64,000 nt of DNA from assembly GCA_963816355.1 (NCBI GenBank), contig CAWFKH010000003.1, positions 992,001 to 1,056,000 on the forward strand, read 5' to 3'. The position numbers were made by a program, and so were the translations under genes. The notes under the pieces are model-generated. The model was given only the letters and a program-made list of their open reading frames with translations. It made no database searches and had not been told where the DNA came from. The stretch is from an uncultured Gemmatimonadales bacterium (lineage in GTDB: Bacteria; Gemmatimonadota; Gemmatimonadetes; Longimicrobiales; RSA9). Below, one piece after another: positions 21,653-32,965 of the stretch (position 1 is the stretch's first letter; the number at the start of each line of letters is the position of its first letter).

Positions 21653-22766
21653 CAGTCCGGGAGCCTCGCACGCCGGCGATGGCGCCCGGCCCGTCGAATC
21701 CGCGGCGCCGCGCGAGTGCGCGTCCTCGCGTGCGCGACGACGCCGCGCGGGCCTTCGCCGCTTCGCCGAGCTCGCGGTGCTGCTGTGCGGCACGCTGATC
21801 GCGCGGGGCGAGGCCGCCGCGCAGGGATCGGCGTCCGAGATCGCCACGGGCGAGTGCTGCATCGAGCTTCTGCTCCCGATCGGGGGGCGCGCCGCGGCGC
21901 TCGGCGGTGCCCTCACGAGCCTGCCGTCGGGGGACGGCGTGTGGGGCAACCCCGCCGAGCTCGCCCCGCTGGACTCGACCGAGTTCCTCATCCACCACAT
22001 CACCGGCCTGCTGCCCACGACGCTCGAGAGCGCCCAGTCGCCCGGAGGCGGGCAGAGCAACGCGTTCTCGCTGCTCGTGGCCGCGCACGGCGTCGGTACC
22101 TTCGGCGCGTCGTACCTGCTGGTGGACTACGGGGACATCGCGAGCACGGACGTAAACGGGCAGCAGATCGGATCGTTGTCGCTGCGCACGCACGTCTTCG
22201 TGGCCTCGTTCGCGACGGCGCTGGCCCCGTCGCTCGCCGTCGGGATCAACTACTCCGTCTATGCCTTTCGCCCGTCGTGCAGCGGGCAGTGCGGGAATCA
22301 GCAGATCGCCGGCACGACGCAGACTGTCGATCTGGGCGTCCGCTACGCGCCCGGGCCACGTCCCGGCTTCGCGCTCGGCGCCGCCATCGCGCACCTCGGT
22401 CTGCCGCTACAGATCAACAACGCGGCGCAGGCGGACCAGCCGCCCACTCGGCTGCGCGTGGGCGGCGCCTTCGAGCTCCTGCGGCACTTCCATGCCGATG
22501 AAATCCTTGCCCTGTGGCTCCACGCCGCCCTCCTCGCGCGCGCGGGCCGGGACGCCAGCGTCGTGCCCTCTGTCGGCGCCGAGCTGTCCGCCGGCAACTC
22601 GATCTTCCTGCGCGCGGGCTACGCCGGCGGAAGCGGCCTCATCAGCGGCGCCTCCGTCGGCGTCGGCCTCGATTACCAGCGCTACACCATGGCGCTCGCG
22701 AAGAGCTTTTCGAGCGGGTTGGGATCGGAGCAGCCGGTCCAGGTCACCTTCGCGATCCGCTTCTGA
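21633..22766 (+). CDS. Outer-membrane beta-barrel protein (PorV/UPF0164-like); start uncertain
   Basis: Signal peptide ending EAAAQ; LLLPIGGRAAALGGA...WGNPAEL motif; amphipathic strands; C-terminal TFAIRF beta-signal. Confidence 0.7.
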   Translation: MRRRRSDSPGASHAGDGARPVESAAPRECASSRARRRRAGLRRFAELAVLLCGTLIARGEAAAQGSASEIATGECCIELLLPIGGRAAALGGALTSLPSGDGVWGNPAELAPLDSTEFLIHHITGLLPTTLESAQSPGGGQSNAFSLLVAAHGVGTFGASYLLVDYGDIASTDVNGQQIGSLSLRTHVFVASFATALAPSLAVGINYSVYAFRPSCSGQCGNQQIAGTTQTVDLGVRYAPGPRPGFALGAAIAHLGLPLQINNAAQADQPPTRLRVGGAFELLRHFHADEILALWLHAALLARAGRDASVVPSVGAELSAGNSIFLRAGYAGGSGLISGASVGVGLDYQRYTMALAKSFSSGLGSEQPVQVTFAIRF

Positions 22767-22843
22767 GCGGCCGGGCGTGGGCGGCCGCCACGCGCGGCCA
22801 CGCCTGCGTGCCGCTCTCCTCGTCGCCGCGCTCCTCTCGCCCC

Positions 22844-23806
22844 GTGCCGCTCTTCTCTCACCGCGTCCTCCTCGCTCCCGCTGCCGTTCTCGTCGGCACC
22901 GCGCCGGCGGCGGCGCAGGTCGCCGACTCCGCACACGCGCACACCCTCACGATCGGGCCGCCGGTCGCGGCGCGAACCATCGCGATGTTCCCGCATCCGG
23001 CCGATCCGCCTCCGCTGCCGCCGATCCGGGCGCCCGGCGCGCCGCGGCTGCCCGCGACGGCGGCGGCGCCCCGGCTCACGCTCGCGGCACGCGACGAGAC
23101 CTCCGTGGGGCGGGCCGTCCTCCTCTCCGCGCTGGTCCCGGGGCTCGGCCAGCGGGCGCTGGGCGCCGAGCGCTGGCCGGTGTACGTCGCGCTCGAAGCG
23201 TGGGCGTGGATCCGCTACATCGGCCTGCACGGCGACGCCCGCCGCCTCGAGCACGGCTACCGCGACCTCGCCTGGGAGGTGGCGCGCCGCGTCGGCGTCG
23301 GCGAGCGGCGCGAGGGCGACTTCGAGTATTACGAGTCGATGGAGCATTTCCGCGCGAGCGGCGCCTTCGACGCGGACCCCGAGCTCGCCGGCCTGCAGCC
23401 GGAGGGGGACCTCGCGACGTTCAACGGCCAGATCTGGAGCCTCGCCGTGGGCCTCTACGGCAGCGGCCGCGGCACCGTCCCCGGCACGCCCGGATACGAC
23501 GCCGCGCTCGCGTACTACGAAGCGAAAGCGGTCCAACCCGCGTTCGCCTGGGACTGGGGCGACAACGACCTCGAGCAGCAGATCTTCCAGAGCCTCATCG
23601 CGCGCAGCGACGAGGCGTACCGCAGCTCCCGCACGACGCTCGGCGTCATCCTTGCAAACCACATCGTCAGCGCCGTCGACGCTTTCGCCATCGCACGGCT
23701 ACGCGCCGCGACCGGAGCGGACATCCACCTCGGACCCGCTCCCGCCGGTGCCGGTGGACTTCCGCGCGTGGGCTTTTCCCTCACCTTTCCCCTGCCGACG
23801 AGGTAG
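22844..23806 (+). CDS. Hypothetical exported protein (DUF5683-like SALVPGLGQ motif); start at 22808 or 22844
   Basis: Signal peptide VLLAPAAVLVGTAPAAAQ, AVLLSALVPGLGQ and ANHIVSAVDAF. Confidence 0.65.
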   Translation: MPLFSHRVLLAPAAVLVGTAPAAAQVADSAHAHTLTIGPPVAARTIAMFPHPADPPPLPPIRAPGAPRLPATAAAPRLTLAARDETSVGRAVLLSALVPGLGQRALGAERWPVYVALEAWAWIRYIGLHGDARRLEHGYRDLAWEVARRVGVGERREGDFEYYESMEHFRASGAFDADPELAGLQPEGDLATFNGQIWSLAVGLYGSGRGTVPGTPGYDAALAYYEAKAVQPAFAWDWGDNDLEQQIFQSLIARSDEAYRSSRTTLGVILANHIVSAVDAFAIARLRAATGADIHLGPAPAGAGGLPRVGFSLTFPLPTR

Positions 23807-23809
23807 CGC

Positions 23810-26164
23810 TTGACCCTCTCCCCGGACCGCATCATCGACTATCTGCGGGACGAAGCCGGCCGTCCGCTGAAGGCGAAGGAGCTCGCGCGCGCCCTCGGCG
23901 TCGGCGAGGTGGACTACGCCGACTTCCGCGAGCAGCTCCACGCACTCGAGACGGAGGGCCTGCTCTACCGCGTCCAGCGCCAACGCTACGCGGCGCCGGA
24001 GAAGATCAACCTGGTGCGCGGCCGCCTCCAGACGATACGCAGCGGCGCCGGCTTCGTCGTGCCGGAGGCGGGCGACGAGGACCTCTTCGTGCCGGCCGAA
24101 GGCCTGGCCTCGGCGATCGACGGCGACCGCGTCATCGCCCGCGTCGAGCGGCGCCGTCGCGGCGAGCGGCCGCAGGGCCGCGTCATCCGCGTCATCGAAC
24201 GCGGTCGCGAGACGCTCGTCGGCGTCTTCCACCCCGCCCGCAACTTCGGCTTCGTCACCCCCGAGGACCGCAAGGTCCCGCGCGACGTGTTCGTCCCGCC
24301 GGGGCACGAATCGAGCGCCGTCGAGGGGGACGTGGTGGTCGTGCACGTCACCGACTGGGGCGACGGCCACAAGGGTCCCGTCGGTGAGGTCACGCGCGTT
24401 CTCGGGCCGCTCGACGCGCCCGGCGTCGACGTCCTCGCCGTCGCCTACGGCCACGAGCTGCCCCTGCAGTTCCCGCCCGAAGTCGAGGAGGAGGCGGCGC
24501 GCGTGCGCGAGCGCGGCATCGCGCCCGCCGAGGCGGAGCGCCGCGTCGATCTCCGCGCCGACCTCGTGATGACCATCGACCCTGCCGACGCGAAGGATCA
24601 CGACGACGCCCTCTCCATCCGCGCGCGCGACGATGGCCGCTTCGACGTCGCCATCCACATCGCCGACGTGGCGCACTACGTCGAGCCGGGCGGTGCCATC
24701 GATCTCGAGGCGCTGCGCCGCGGCACGAGCGTCTACCTGGTCGACCGTACGATCCCGATGCTGCCCGAGGCCCTGTCGACCGACCTCTGCTCGCTGCGCC
24801 CGGACGTCGATCGCCTGGCCCTGTCGCTCCGCCTCGTCATGGATCGCGACGGCAAGGTCCACGAGGAGCGCCTCGTGCGCTCGCTCATCCGCTGCGGACA
24901 CCGCCTCTCCTACGACGCCGCCCAGGCGATCCTCGACGGCGCCGCCGACGCGCCCGCCGCGCTGCGCGACGCGCTACGCGACCTCGCCGCCCTCAGCACG
25001 GCGCTGCGCGCGCGCCGCGCCGCGCGCGGCAGCATCGACTTCGATCTGCCCGAGGCACGCGTCGTCCTCGACGAGGAAGGGGTGCCGGTCGACATCCAGC
25101 GCGTCGAGCGGCTGCAGAGCCATCGCATCGTCGAGGACTTCATGCTCCTCGCCAACGAAACGATCGCGCGCCGCGCCGTGCGAGCCGACATCCCCTTCCT
25201 CTACCGCGTCCACGACCACCCGGCGCCCGATCGCGTCGAGCAGCTGCGCGACTTCCTCGCCCGCTTCGGGATCCGCCTCGCCAGCGGAGCCGAGCCCGGC
25301 CCGCGCGAGTTCCAGCGCGCCATCTCCCAGGCGGAAGGCCGTCCGGAGGAGACGCTCGTGACCACCGTCATGCTGCGCTCCATGAAGCAGGCACGCTACA
25401 GCGCCGAGCGGATCGGCCACTTCGGCCTCGCCGCTGGCCACTACACCCACTTCACGTCCCCCATCCGTCGCTACCCGGACCTCGTAGTCCACCGCCTCGC
25501 CTCCGCCGCCTTCGTGGACGCGGCACCCGCCGCAACCGACGACGAAGCCCTCGAGGCGATCGCGCGCACCTCGAGCCAGCGCGAGCGCGTCGCCGTCGAC
25601 GCGGAGCGCGACAGCGTCGATCTCAAGAAGGTCGAGTTCATGGAGCGCCACGTCGGCGACGAATTCGAGGGCACCGTGAGCGGCGTCACGTCCTTCGGCC
25701 TCTTCGTCCTCCTCGACCGCTACCACGTCGAAGGCCTCGTGCACGTGAGCTCGCTCGAGGACGACTACTACATCTTCCTCGAGGAGCAGTTCGCGCTGCT
25801 GGGGGAGAACACGCGAAACCGCTTCCAGATCGGCGGTCGCGTCCACGTGAGGGTCGTGCGCGTGGACCGTGAGCAGCGCAAGATCGACTTCGAGCTGTTG
25901 CGGGAGGAGCCACCCGCTCCGGCCGCGCGCCGCGGCGGGCGGGCGGGCGGCGGGGGGAAGGGCGGCGCTGCGAAGGGCGGCGGGGGGAAAGGCGGCGGTC
26001 GTGGCGGCCAGGGCGGCGGACGCAAGACGCGGGGGGGTCGTGGCGGCAAGAGGCGTGGCGGCGGGCCGGGCGGCGGCCCGAAGAGCGGCGGGAGCGGACG
26101 GACGGCGCGCGGCCGCGCGGGCGGACGCGGCCGTGCCTTTGACACATCCGCGGTGGGCAGGTAG
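23810..26164 (+). CDS. rnr: Ribonuclease R
   Basis: N-terminal HTH, TIDPADAKDHDDA, YTHFTSPIRRYPDL, S1 domain and a basic G/R/K tail. Confidence 0.96.
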   Translation: MTLSPDRIIDYLRDEAGRPLKAKELARALGVGEVDYADFREQLHALETEGLLYRVQRQRYAAPEKINLVRGRLQTIRSGAGFVVPEAGDEDLFVPAEGLASAIDGDRVIARVERRRRGERPQGRVIRVIERGRETLVGVFHPARNFGFVTPEDRKVPRDVFVPPGHESSAVEGDVVVVHVTDWGDGHKGPVGEVTRVLGPLDAPGVDVLAVAYGHELPLQFPPEVEEEAARVRERGIAPAEAERRVDLRADLVMTIDPADAKDHDDALSIRARDDGRFDVAIHIADVAHYVEPGGAIDLEALRRGTSVYLVDRTIPMLPEALSTDLCSLRPDVDRLALSLRLVMDRDGKVHEERLVRSLIRCGHRLSYDAAQAILDGAADAPAALRDALRDLAALSTALRARRAARGSIDFDLPEARVVLDEEGVPVDIQRVERLQSHRIVEDFMLLANETIARRAVRADIPFLYRVHDHPAPDRVEQLRDFLARFGIRLASGAEPGPREFQRAISQAEGRPEETLVTTVMLRSMKQARYSAERIGHFGLAAGHYTHFTSPIRRYPDLVVHRLASAAFVDAAPAATDDEALEAIARTSSQRERVAVDAERDSVDLKKVEFMERHVGDEFEGTVSGVTSFGLFVLLDRYHVEGLVHVSSLEDDYYIFLEEQFALLGENTRNRFQIGGRVHVRVVRVDREQRKIDFELLREEPPAPAARRGGRAGGGGKGGAAKGGGGKGGGRGGQGGGRKTRGGRGGKRRGGGPGGGPKSGGSGRTARGRAGGRGRAFDTSAVGR

Positions 26165-26210
26165 ATTTGGAAGTGCTTTCCCCGGCACCGTCCGCCTTCA
26201 TCCCGGCTCA

Positions 26211-27203
26211 ATGGGCTTGAAATCGGTACTCGTGTTCCACTCCCGGCCTGGCCGGGACGTGCCGGAGAGCATCCGTGCCATCGTCGCGGAGCGCGCTCTG
26301 CGCGTCGAGTCGATGCCGGCCTCCTCGGAAGTGCTCGCCGCGGTGAACCGCAGCTATCCCGCAGCCGTCATCATCGAGCTGGGCGACGACCGTGCTCCTC
26401 TCGAGCTGTGCCGCACGCTGAAGAGCGACCCGTTCACGGCGATCGTGCCGGTCGTGCTCCTCCTCTCCGGCGGCGACGAGGATCTGCGCGTGGAGGCGTT
26501 CGAGGCGGGGGCGGACGAGGTGCTGACGGAGTCGCTGCCGCCGCGCGAGGTGCACCTGCGTCTGCGGCACGCGATCGAGCGGGCGAACCGGGATGTCGGC
26601 GTGCACCCGACGACGCGGCTTCCGGGCACGGTGCAGATCGAGCGCGACATCGCGGAGCGGCTGGCGAGCGGCCAGGTGTTCGCCTGCTGCTACGCGGACC
26701 TCGACCACTTCAAGGAGTTCAACGACCGCTACGGCTATTATCGCGGCGACCGCGTGATCCGGCTGCTGTCGCGGATTCTGCGGGATGTGGTGCGGTGGTA
26801 CGCGCCGAGCGGCTTCATCGGACACATCGGCGGCGACGACTTCATCTTCAACGTCCCGATGGAATCGATGAGCGTCGCGTGCCAGGAGATCGTCGACACC
26901 TTCGACGAGCTGATCCCTTACCAGTACACGGAGCAGGATCGACGGGCGGGGTATTTCCTCGGAAAGGACCGCCGCGGCAATCTGCACCGCGTTCCGCTCA
27001 TGACGCTGTCGATCGGCGTCGTCACGAACCAGCACCGGCACTTCAGCCACACCGGCCGCGTCAGCGAGCTGGCGACGGAGATGAAGGCGTACGCGAAGAC
27101 GCTTCCCGGCTCGCTCTACGCCGTCGATCGGCGCCGCGACCCGGTCGGCGGCGCATCCTCCCCAGGAGTCGCAGAGAATGAACGTAGTCTGTCCCAGTTG
27201 TGA
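26211..27203 (+). CDS. Diguanylate cyclase (GGDDF) with degenerate receiver domain
   Basis: LCRTLKSDPFTAIVPVVLL...AGADE (receiver-like), DLDHFKEFNDRYGY and GHIGGDDF. Confidence 0.88.
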   Translation: MGLKSVLVFHSRPGRDVPESIRAIVAERALRVESMPASSEVLAAVNRSYPAAVIIELGDDRAPLELCRTLKSDPFTAIVPVVLLLSGGDEDLRVEAFEAGADEVLTESLPPREVHLRLRHAIERANRDVGVHPTTRLPGTVQIERDIAERLASGQVFACCYADLDHFKEFNDRYGYYRGDRVIRLLSRILRDVVRWYAPSGFIGHIGGDDFIFNVPMESMSVACQEIVDTFDELIPYQYTEQDRRAGYFLGKDRRGNLHRVPLMTLSIGVVTNQHRHFSHTGRVSELATEMKAYAKTLPGSLYAVDRRRDPVGGASSPGVAENERSLSQL

Positions 27204-27664
27204 GACCACGTTCCGCGTCGATCCCGCGCGCATCCCGCCGGCCGGTGCGCGCGCCCGCTGCTCGCGCTGCAACGCCGCGTTCCACCTGACGCGCGAGGGC
27301 GCGGCCCGCGTGGCGCCCGCCTCCGCTCCACCGCGTGCCGCGGCGCCGCCGGCGCGCGCGGGGGCGCCGCCGAGCGGCGACGGATCGGGCCGCTCCGGCC
27401 CCCGCTCCTCCCCGTTCGACGCCGACCCGGACACGCGCGCACGGCGCCTCGCGCGCGCGCTCGTATCCGACATCGTCGTCTACCACGGCGAGCGCCGCCA
27501 GCGCAGCCTGAGCGCCGGCTCGTTGCGCACCGATTTCCGCGAGGAGATCCTCAAGAGCTGGGAAGAGTACGTGGCCCAGGTCGGAACGGACACGGCGAAA
27601 GCGCACGCCCCACTTCCGCAACGCCCTGAACGACATCCTTGCGGGCGGGAGGACGCTCTTTTGA
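27178..27664 (+). CDS. MJ0042-type zinc-ribbon protein with an apparent +1 frameshift near 27600
   Basis: MNVVCPSCETTFRVD...ARCSRCNAAF. After ...VGTDTAK the shifted frame reads TPHFRNALNDILAGGRTLF* (stop 27662-27664) with typical codon usage. Confidence 0.75.
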
Positions 27665-27796
27665 GGCGCAGCGGTAGAGGTGCGCCAGGTTGTCCAACTG
27701 CTTTTGCCGCGCTACCTTTCGTGATTGGTGATTCACGCCGGGGGCCGTCCGCGAGGGCGGCCCCTCGCATTAGCGACGACGCGAGACGGGGGAGCG

Positions 27797-28904
27797 ATGC
27801 TCACGGAGACCCGGGACCGCCTTGCCGAACAGATCCAGCGCGTCGATGCGCTGGGAGGCTACCTTTGACGTCGACACCAAGCGGCGTAGGCTGAAGGAGC
27901 TGGAGACGCGCATGGCCGACGCCGACTTCTGGGACGGCGGCGCGGCTACGCGCGAGGTGATCGAGGAGGTGAAGGAGCTGAAAGGCTGGGTGGAGCCGTA
28001 CGACCGCATGGAGGAGGGCGCCCGCCAGCTCGCGGAGCTCGGCGACCTGCTCGAGATGGAGCGGGACGAGGCGATGGAGGCGGAGTGGGAGCGCGAGGTG
28101 GCGGCGCTCGGGGCGTCGATCGAGGCGCTGGAGCTGCGCAACATGCTGCGCGGACCCGACGATCGGCGTGACGCGCTGCTCACGATCCATCCCGGCGCGG
28201 GCGGCACGGAGTCCCAGGACTGGGCGCAGATGCTCATGCGGATGTATACGCGCTGGGCGGAGCGCCACGGCTTCGAGGTCGACGTGCTCGACCTGCTCGC
28301 GGGGGAAGAGGCGGGGATCAAGAGCGCCAGCCTGGAGATCCGCGGCCCGTTCGCCTACGGCTACCTGAAGGCGGAGAAGGGGGTGCACCGTCTCGTGCGC
28401 ATCTCCCCGTTCGACGCCCAGAGCCGCCGTCACACGTCGTTCGCGAGCGTCTTCGTCTATCCGATGGTGGATGACGAGATCGAGATCGACATCGACGAGA
28501 ACGACCTCCGCATCGACACCTACCGCGCGTCCGGCGCGGGTGGCCAGCACGTCAACAAGACGAGCTCGGCCGTGCGCATCACGCACGAGCCGACCGGCAT
28601 CGTCGTCGCCTGTCAGAACGAGCGCAGCCAGTTCAAGAACAAGGGGACGGCGATGAAGATGCTGCGCGCCGCGCTCTACCAGCGCGAGCTGGAGCTGCGC
28701 GCCGCGGAGCGCGAGAAGCTGGACGCCCAGAAGACGGACATCTCCTGGGGGAACCAGATCCGCTCGTACGTGTTCCAGCCGTACACCATGGTGACGGACC
28801 ACCGCTCGGAGCTGAAGGTGGGCGACGTGCAGCGCGTGATGGATGGCGACCTCGACCCCTTCATCGAGGCGTACCTCAAGGAGTACGGTGCACGGGTCGT
28901 CTGA
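27797..28904 (+). CDS. prfB: Peptide chain release factor 2 (programmed +1 frameshift)
   Basis: MLTETRDRLAEQIQRVDALGGYL, then CTT TGA C at 27863-27869 preceded by an internal SD GGGAGG; SPF and GGQ motifs. Confidence 0.96.
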
Positions 28905-30435
28905 GCCCTCGGCCCCGGCGGAGCGCCCGGGACACGTCCTCGAGAGCCGTCGCGACAAGCTCGCCGAGCTGCGCCGCCGCGGCATCGAGCCCTACGCCTA
29001 CCGGTTCGAGGTGGACGCCAGCACGGCGGGGGCGCGCGCGCGCTTCGAGGCGGCGGAAGGCGCGGGCGAGCTGCCGCCGGACGGCTTCGGCCCGGCCGTC
29101 CGGGTGGCGGGGCGCCTCGCGGCGAGCCGTTCGCACGGCCGCTCGACGTTCCTGGACCTCGCCGACCGGGAGGGCCGCATCCAGCTCCACGTGCGCGTCA
29201 ACGACGTCGGCGAGGCGGTCTACTCGCTGCTCGACCTTCTCGACCTCGGCGACTGGATCGGCGTCGCCGGACCGCTCTTCCGCACCCGCATGGGCGAGGT
29301 CACGGTTCGCGTCCAGACGCTCGAGCTGCTCGCGAAGTCGGTGCGCCCGCTGCCGATCGGCAAAGAGCAACTCGACGAGGGCGGCGAGCGCCACGTCCAC
29401 GGCGGCTTCGCCGACCTCGAGCAGCGCTACCGCCAGCGCTACGCCGACCTCGCCGTGAACGCGGACGTCCGCGAGGTGTTCCGCGCCCGCGCCCGCACCA
29501 TCACCGCGATCCGCTCCTTCCTCGACGCGCGCGGCTTCATCGAGGTGGAGACGCCGGTGCTGCAGCCGCTCTACGGCGGCGCGTCGGCGCGCCCCTTCAC
29601 GACGCACCACCACGCGCTCGACCGCGAGCTGTTCCTGCGCATCGCCGACGAGCTCTACCTGAAGCGGCTCATCGTCGGCGGCATGGATCGTGTCTACGAG
29701 ATCTCGAAGGACTTCCGCAACGAGGGGATCGACCGCACGCACTTCCCCGAGTTCACCATGCTGGAGTTCTACCAGGCCTACGCCGATTACGGCGACATGA
29801 TGGAGCTGGTGGAGGAGATGCTCGAAACGGTGGTGCGCGAGGTGACGGGCGGCGACCGCGTCGTCGTCGACGGCGAGGCGGTTTCCTTCTCCCGCCCCTT
29901 CCGGAGCGTCGCCTATCTGGACGCGCTCGCGGCGGAGGGCGTGGACGTGCGCACGCTGGACGACGACGCCCTGCGCGCCGCGGCGCGCGCGCGCGGCGTC
30001 GAGGGCGTCGCCGATGCCAGTCGTCCGAAGCTGGTGGACGAGCTCTTCAAGGAGCTCGTCGAGCCGGGGCTGGTGCAGCCCACCTTCATCCTCGACCATC
30101 CGCGCGAGCTGTCGCCGCTGGCGAAGCCGAAGCGCGGGGATCCCGCCCTCACGGAGCGCTTCGAGCTGCTGGTGGCGAGGCGCGAGATCGCCAACGCGTT
30201 CAGCGAGCTGAACGACCCGTTCGACCAGCGGGAGCGCTTCGAGGCGCAGCTCCGGCTGCGCGAAGCGGGCGACGAGGAGGCGCAGACGCTGGACGAGGAT
30301 TACCTGCGGGCGCTCGAGTACGGCATGCCGCCTACGGGCGGGGTCGGGATCGGCGTCGACCGCCTCGTGATGCTGTTGACGGGACAGCCATCGATCCGGG
30401 ACGTGATCCTGTTCCCGGCGATGCGGTCGGAGTGA
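28888..30435 (+). CDS. lysS: Lysine--tRNA ligase (class II)
   Basis: RYRQRYADL, LRIADELYLKRLIVGG, FRNEGID and YGMPPTGGVGIGVDRL. Confidence 0.96.
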   Translation: MHGSSEPSAPAERPGHVLESRRDKLAELRRRGIEPYAYRFEVDASTAGARARFEAAEGAGELPPDGFGPAVRVAGRLAASRSHGRSTFLDLADREGRIQLHVRVNDVGEAVYSLLDLLDLGDWIGVAGPLFRTRMGEVTVRVQTLELLAKSVRPLPIGKEQLDEGGERHVHGGFADLEQRYRQRYADLAVNADVREVFRARARTITAIRSFLDARGFIEVETPVLQPLYGGASARPFTTHHHALDRELFLRIADELYLKRLIVGGMDRVYEISKDFRNEGIDRTHFPEFTMLEFYQAYADYGDMMELVEEMLETVVREVTGGDRVVVDGEAVSFSRPFRSVAYLDALAAEGVDVRTLDDDALRAAARARGVEGVADASRPKLVDELFKELVEPGLVQPTFILDHPRELSPLAKPKRGDPALTERFELLVARREIANAFSELNDPFDQRERFEAQLRLREAGDEEAQTLDEDYLRALEYGMPPTGGVGIGVDRLVMLLTGQPSIRDVILFPAMRSE

Positions 30436-31677
30436 CGACGATGCGACGGCTCGAGTGGTACATCGCGCGCCGCTACCTCTCCTCGCGCCGGCAGGGTCGC
30501 TTCCTCTCGCTCATTACGCTCATCGCGGTGGGCGGCATCTTCCTCGGCGTCATGGCGCTGATCACGGTGATCGCCGTGATGAGCGGCCTGCAGGAGGACC
30601 TGCAGGCGAAGATCCTCGGCTCGAATCCCCACGTCTTCATCTTCGAGCAGGGCGCCTCGTTCCGCATGGATGACTGGCGCGCCGTCGCCGACAGCGTGCG
30701 GCGCGACCCGGCGGTGGTCGCCGCCGAGCCGTTCGTGATGTCGCAGGTCGGCATCACGGCCAACGGCGAGTACGCGCAGTTCGGCACGCTGTACGGCGTC
30801 GACCCCAGCTTCTCGAAGCGGCCGATGACGGAGGTCGAGAAGCAGATCGACTCGGGCCAGCTCGCCTTCGGCCCCACCAAGTCCGGCCTGCCCGGCATCC
30901 TGGTGGGCAGTCGTCTGGCCGGCCGCGTCGGCGTGCTGCCCGGCGACGTCGTCACCATCGGCACGATGGAGAACCTGAAGCGCGGCCCGCTCGGCGACAT
31001 CGTGCCGACGCTGCGCCAGTTCGAGGTCACCGGCACGTTCACGACCGGCATGTACGAGTACGACAACCAGAACATGTACGTGCGGCTGGAGGCGGCGCAG
31101 AAGTTCCTCGACATGGGCGACAAGGTGAGCGGGCTGGCCGTGAACGTGCGCGATCCGTGGCACGCGGAGCGCACCGCCCGCGCCATCGAGCGCCGTCTCG
31201 ACCCCCGCTACTTCGCCCAGGACTGGATGTCCCTGAACGCGTCCCTCTTCTCGGCGCTCAAGCTCGAGAAGATGGCGATGGCGGTCATCCTCTTCCTGAT
31301 CGTGGTCGTCGCCGCCTTCAACATCATCAGCACGCTCATCATGGTGGTCACCGACAAGACGCGCGAGATCGGCATCCTCAAGGCCATGGGGATGACCGAC
31401 CGCAGCGTGCTGCGCATCTTCGTGCTGCAGGGCCTGACGATCGGCCTCATCGGCACCGTGCTCGGCGCCGTGGGCGGCGTCGCCCTCGTCGGCCTGCTCC
31501 ACCGCTATCACTTCATCTCGCTGCCGGGCGACGTCTACTTCATCGACACGCTCCCGGTCGCGCTCGAGCCGCGCGATCTCGCCGTGATCCTCCTCGCCAG
31601 CGTCGTCATCGCCTTCGCCGCCACGATCTATCCCGCGCGCCAGGCGTCGCGCCTGCTCCCCGTCGAGGCGATCCGCC

Positions 31678-31685
<8 letters not shown>
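30432..31685 (+). CDS. lolE: Lipoprotein-releasing ABC permease LolC/E
   Basis: IARRYL, GVMALITVIAVMSG, VAAFNIISTLIMVV and KTREIGILKAMG. Confidence 0.92.
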
Positions 31686-32460
<775 letters not shown>

Positions 32461-32464
32461 GCGA

Positions 32465-32965
32465 ATGCAGTGCGACCAGTGCGGCGATCGCGAGGCGGTG
32501 ATCCACCTCACGCAGATCGTCAACAACGAGATGAGCACGTTCCACCTGTGCGAGACGTGCGCCGCCGAGAAGGGTCTCGAGCCGGGCGCTAACATGGGCA
32601 ACTACCCGCTCGCGGACTTCCTCGCGCAGATGGGCAAGGGGTCCGTCGCGGAGCCGGCCGCGCCCGCCGAAGGCGCGTGCGCGTTCTGTGGCCTCACGCT
32701 CGCCGAGTTCCGCAAGACCGGCCGCCTCGGCTGCTCCCACTGCTACGTCACCTTCGAGCCGCAGCTCCGGAGTCTCTTGCGCCGGCTCCACGGCGGCACG
32801 CAACATGTCGGAAAGGTCTACCTCCCGGGCGACCCGACGCTGGCGGACCGGCAGGAGCGGCTCGCGGGGCTCCGGCGCAAGCTCGACAAGGCGGTCCAGA
32901 GCGAGGACTTCGAGCGGGCCGCCCAGCTCCGCGACCAGATTCGCGCACTGGAAGCGACGGTCTGA
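32465..32965 (+). CDS. mcsA: McsA protein-arginine kinase activator (four CxxC motifs plus UVR domain)
   Basis: CDQC, CETC, CAFC, GRLGCSHCY, HVGKVY and EDFERAAQLRDQI. Confidence 0.9.
   Translation: MQCDQCGDREAVIHLTQIVNNEMSTFHLCETCAAEKGLEPGANMGNYPLADFLAQMGKGSVAEPAAPAEGACAFCGLTLAEFRKTGRLGCSHCYVTFEPQLRSLLRRLHGGTQHVGKVYLPGDPTLADRQERLAGLRRKLDKAVQSEDFERAAQLRDQIRALEATV

Noticed and set aside
22807..22880. 36-bp imperfect duplication at the start of the hypothetical gene
   Set aside because: It only creates two alternative GTG starts; no sign of mobile-element ends.
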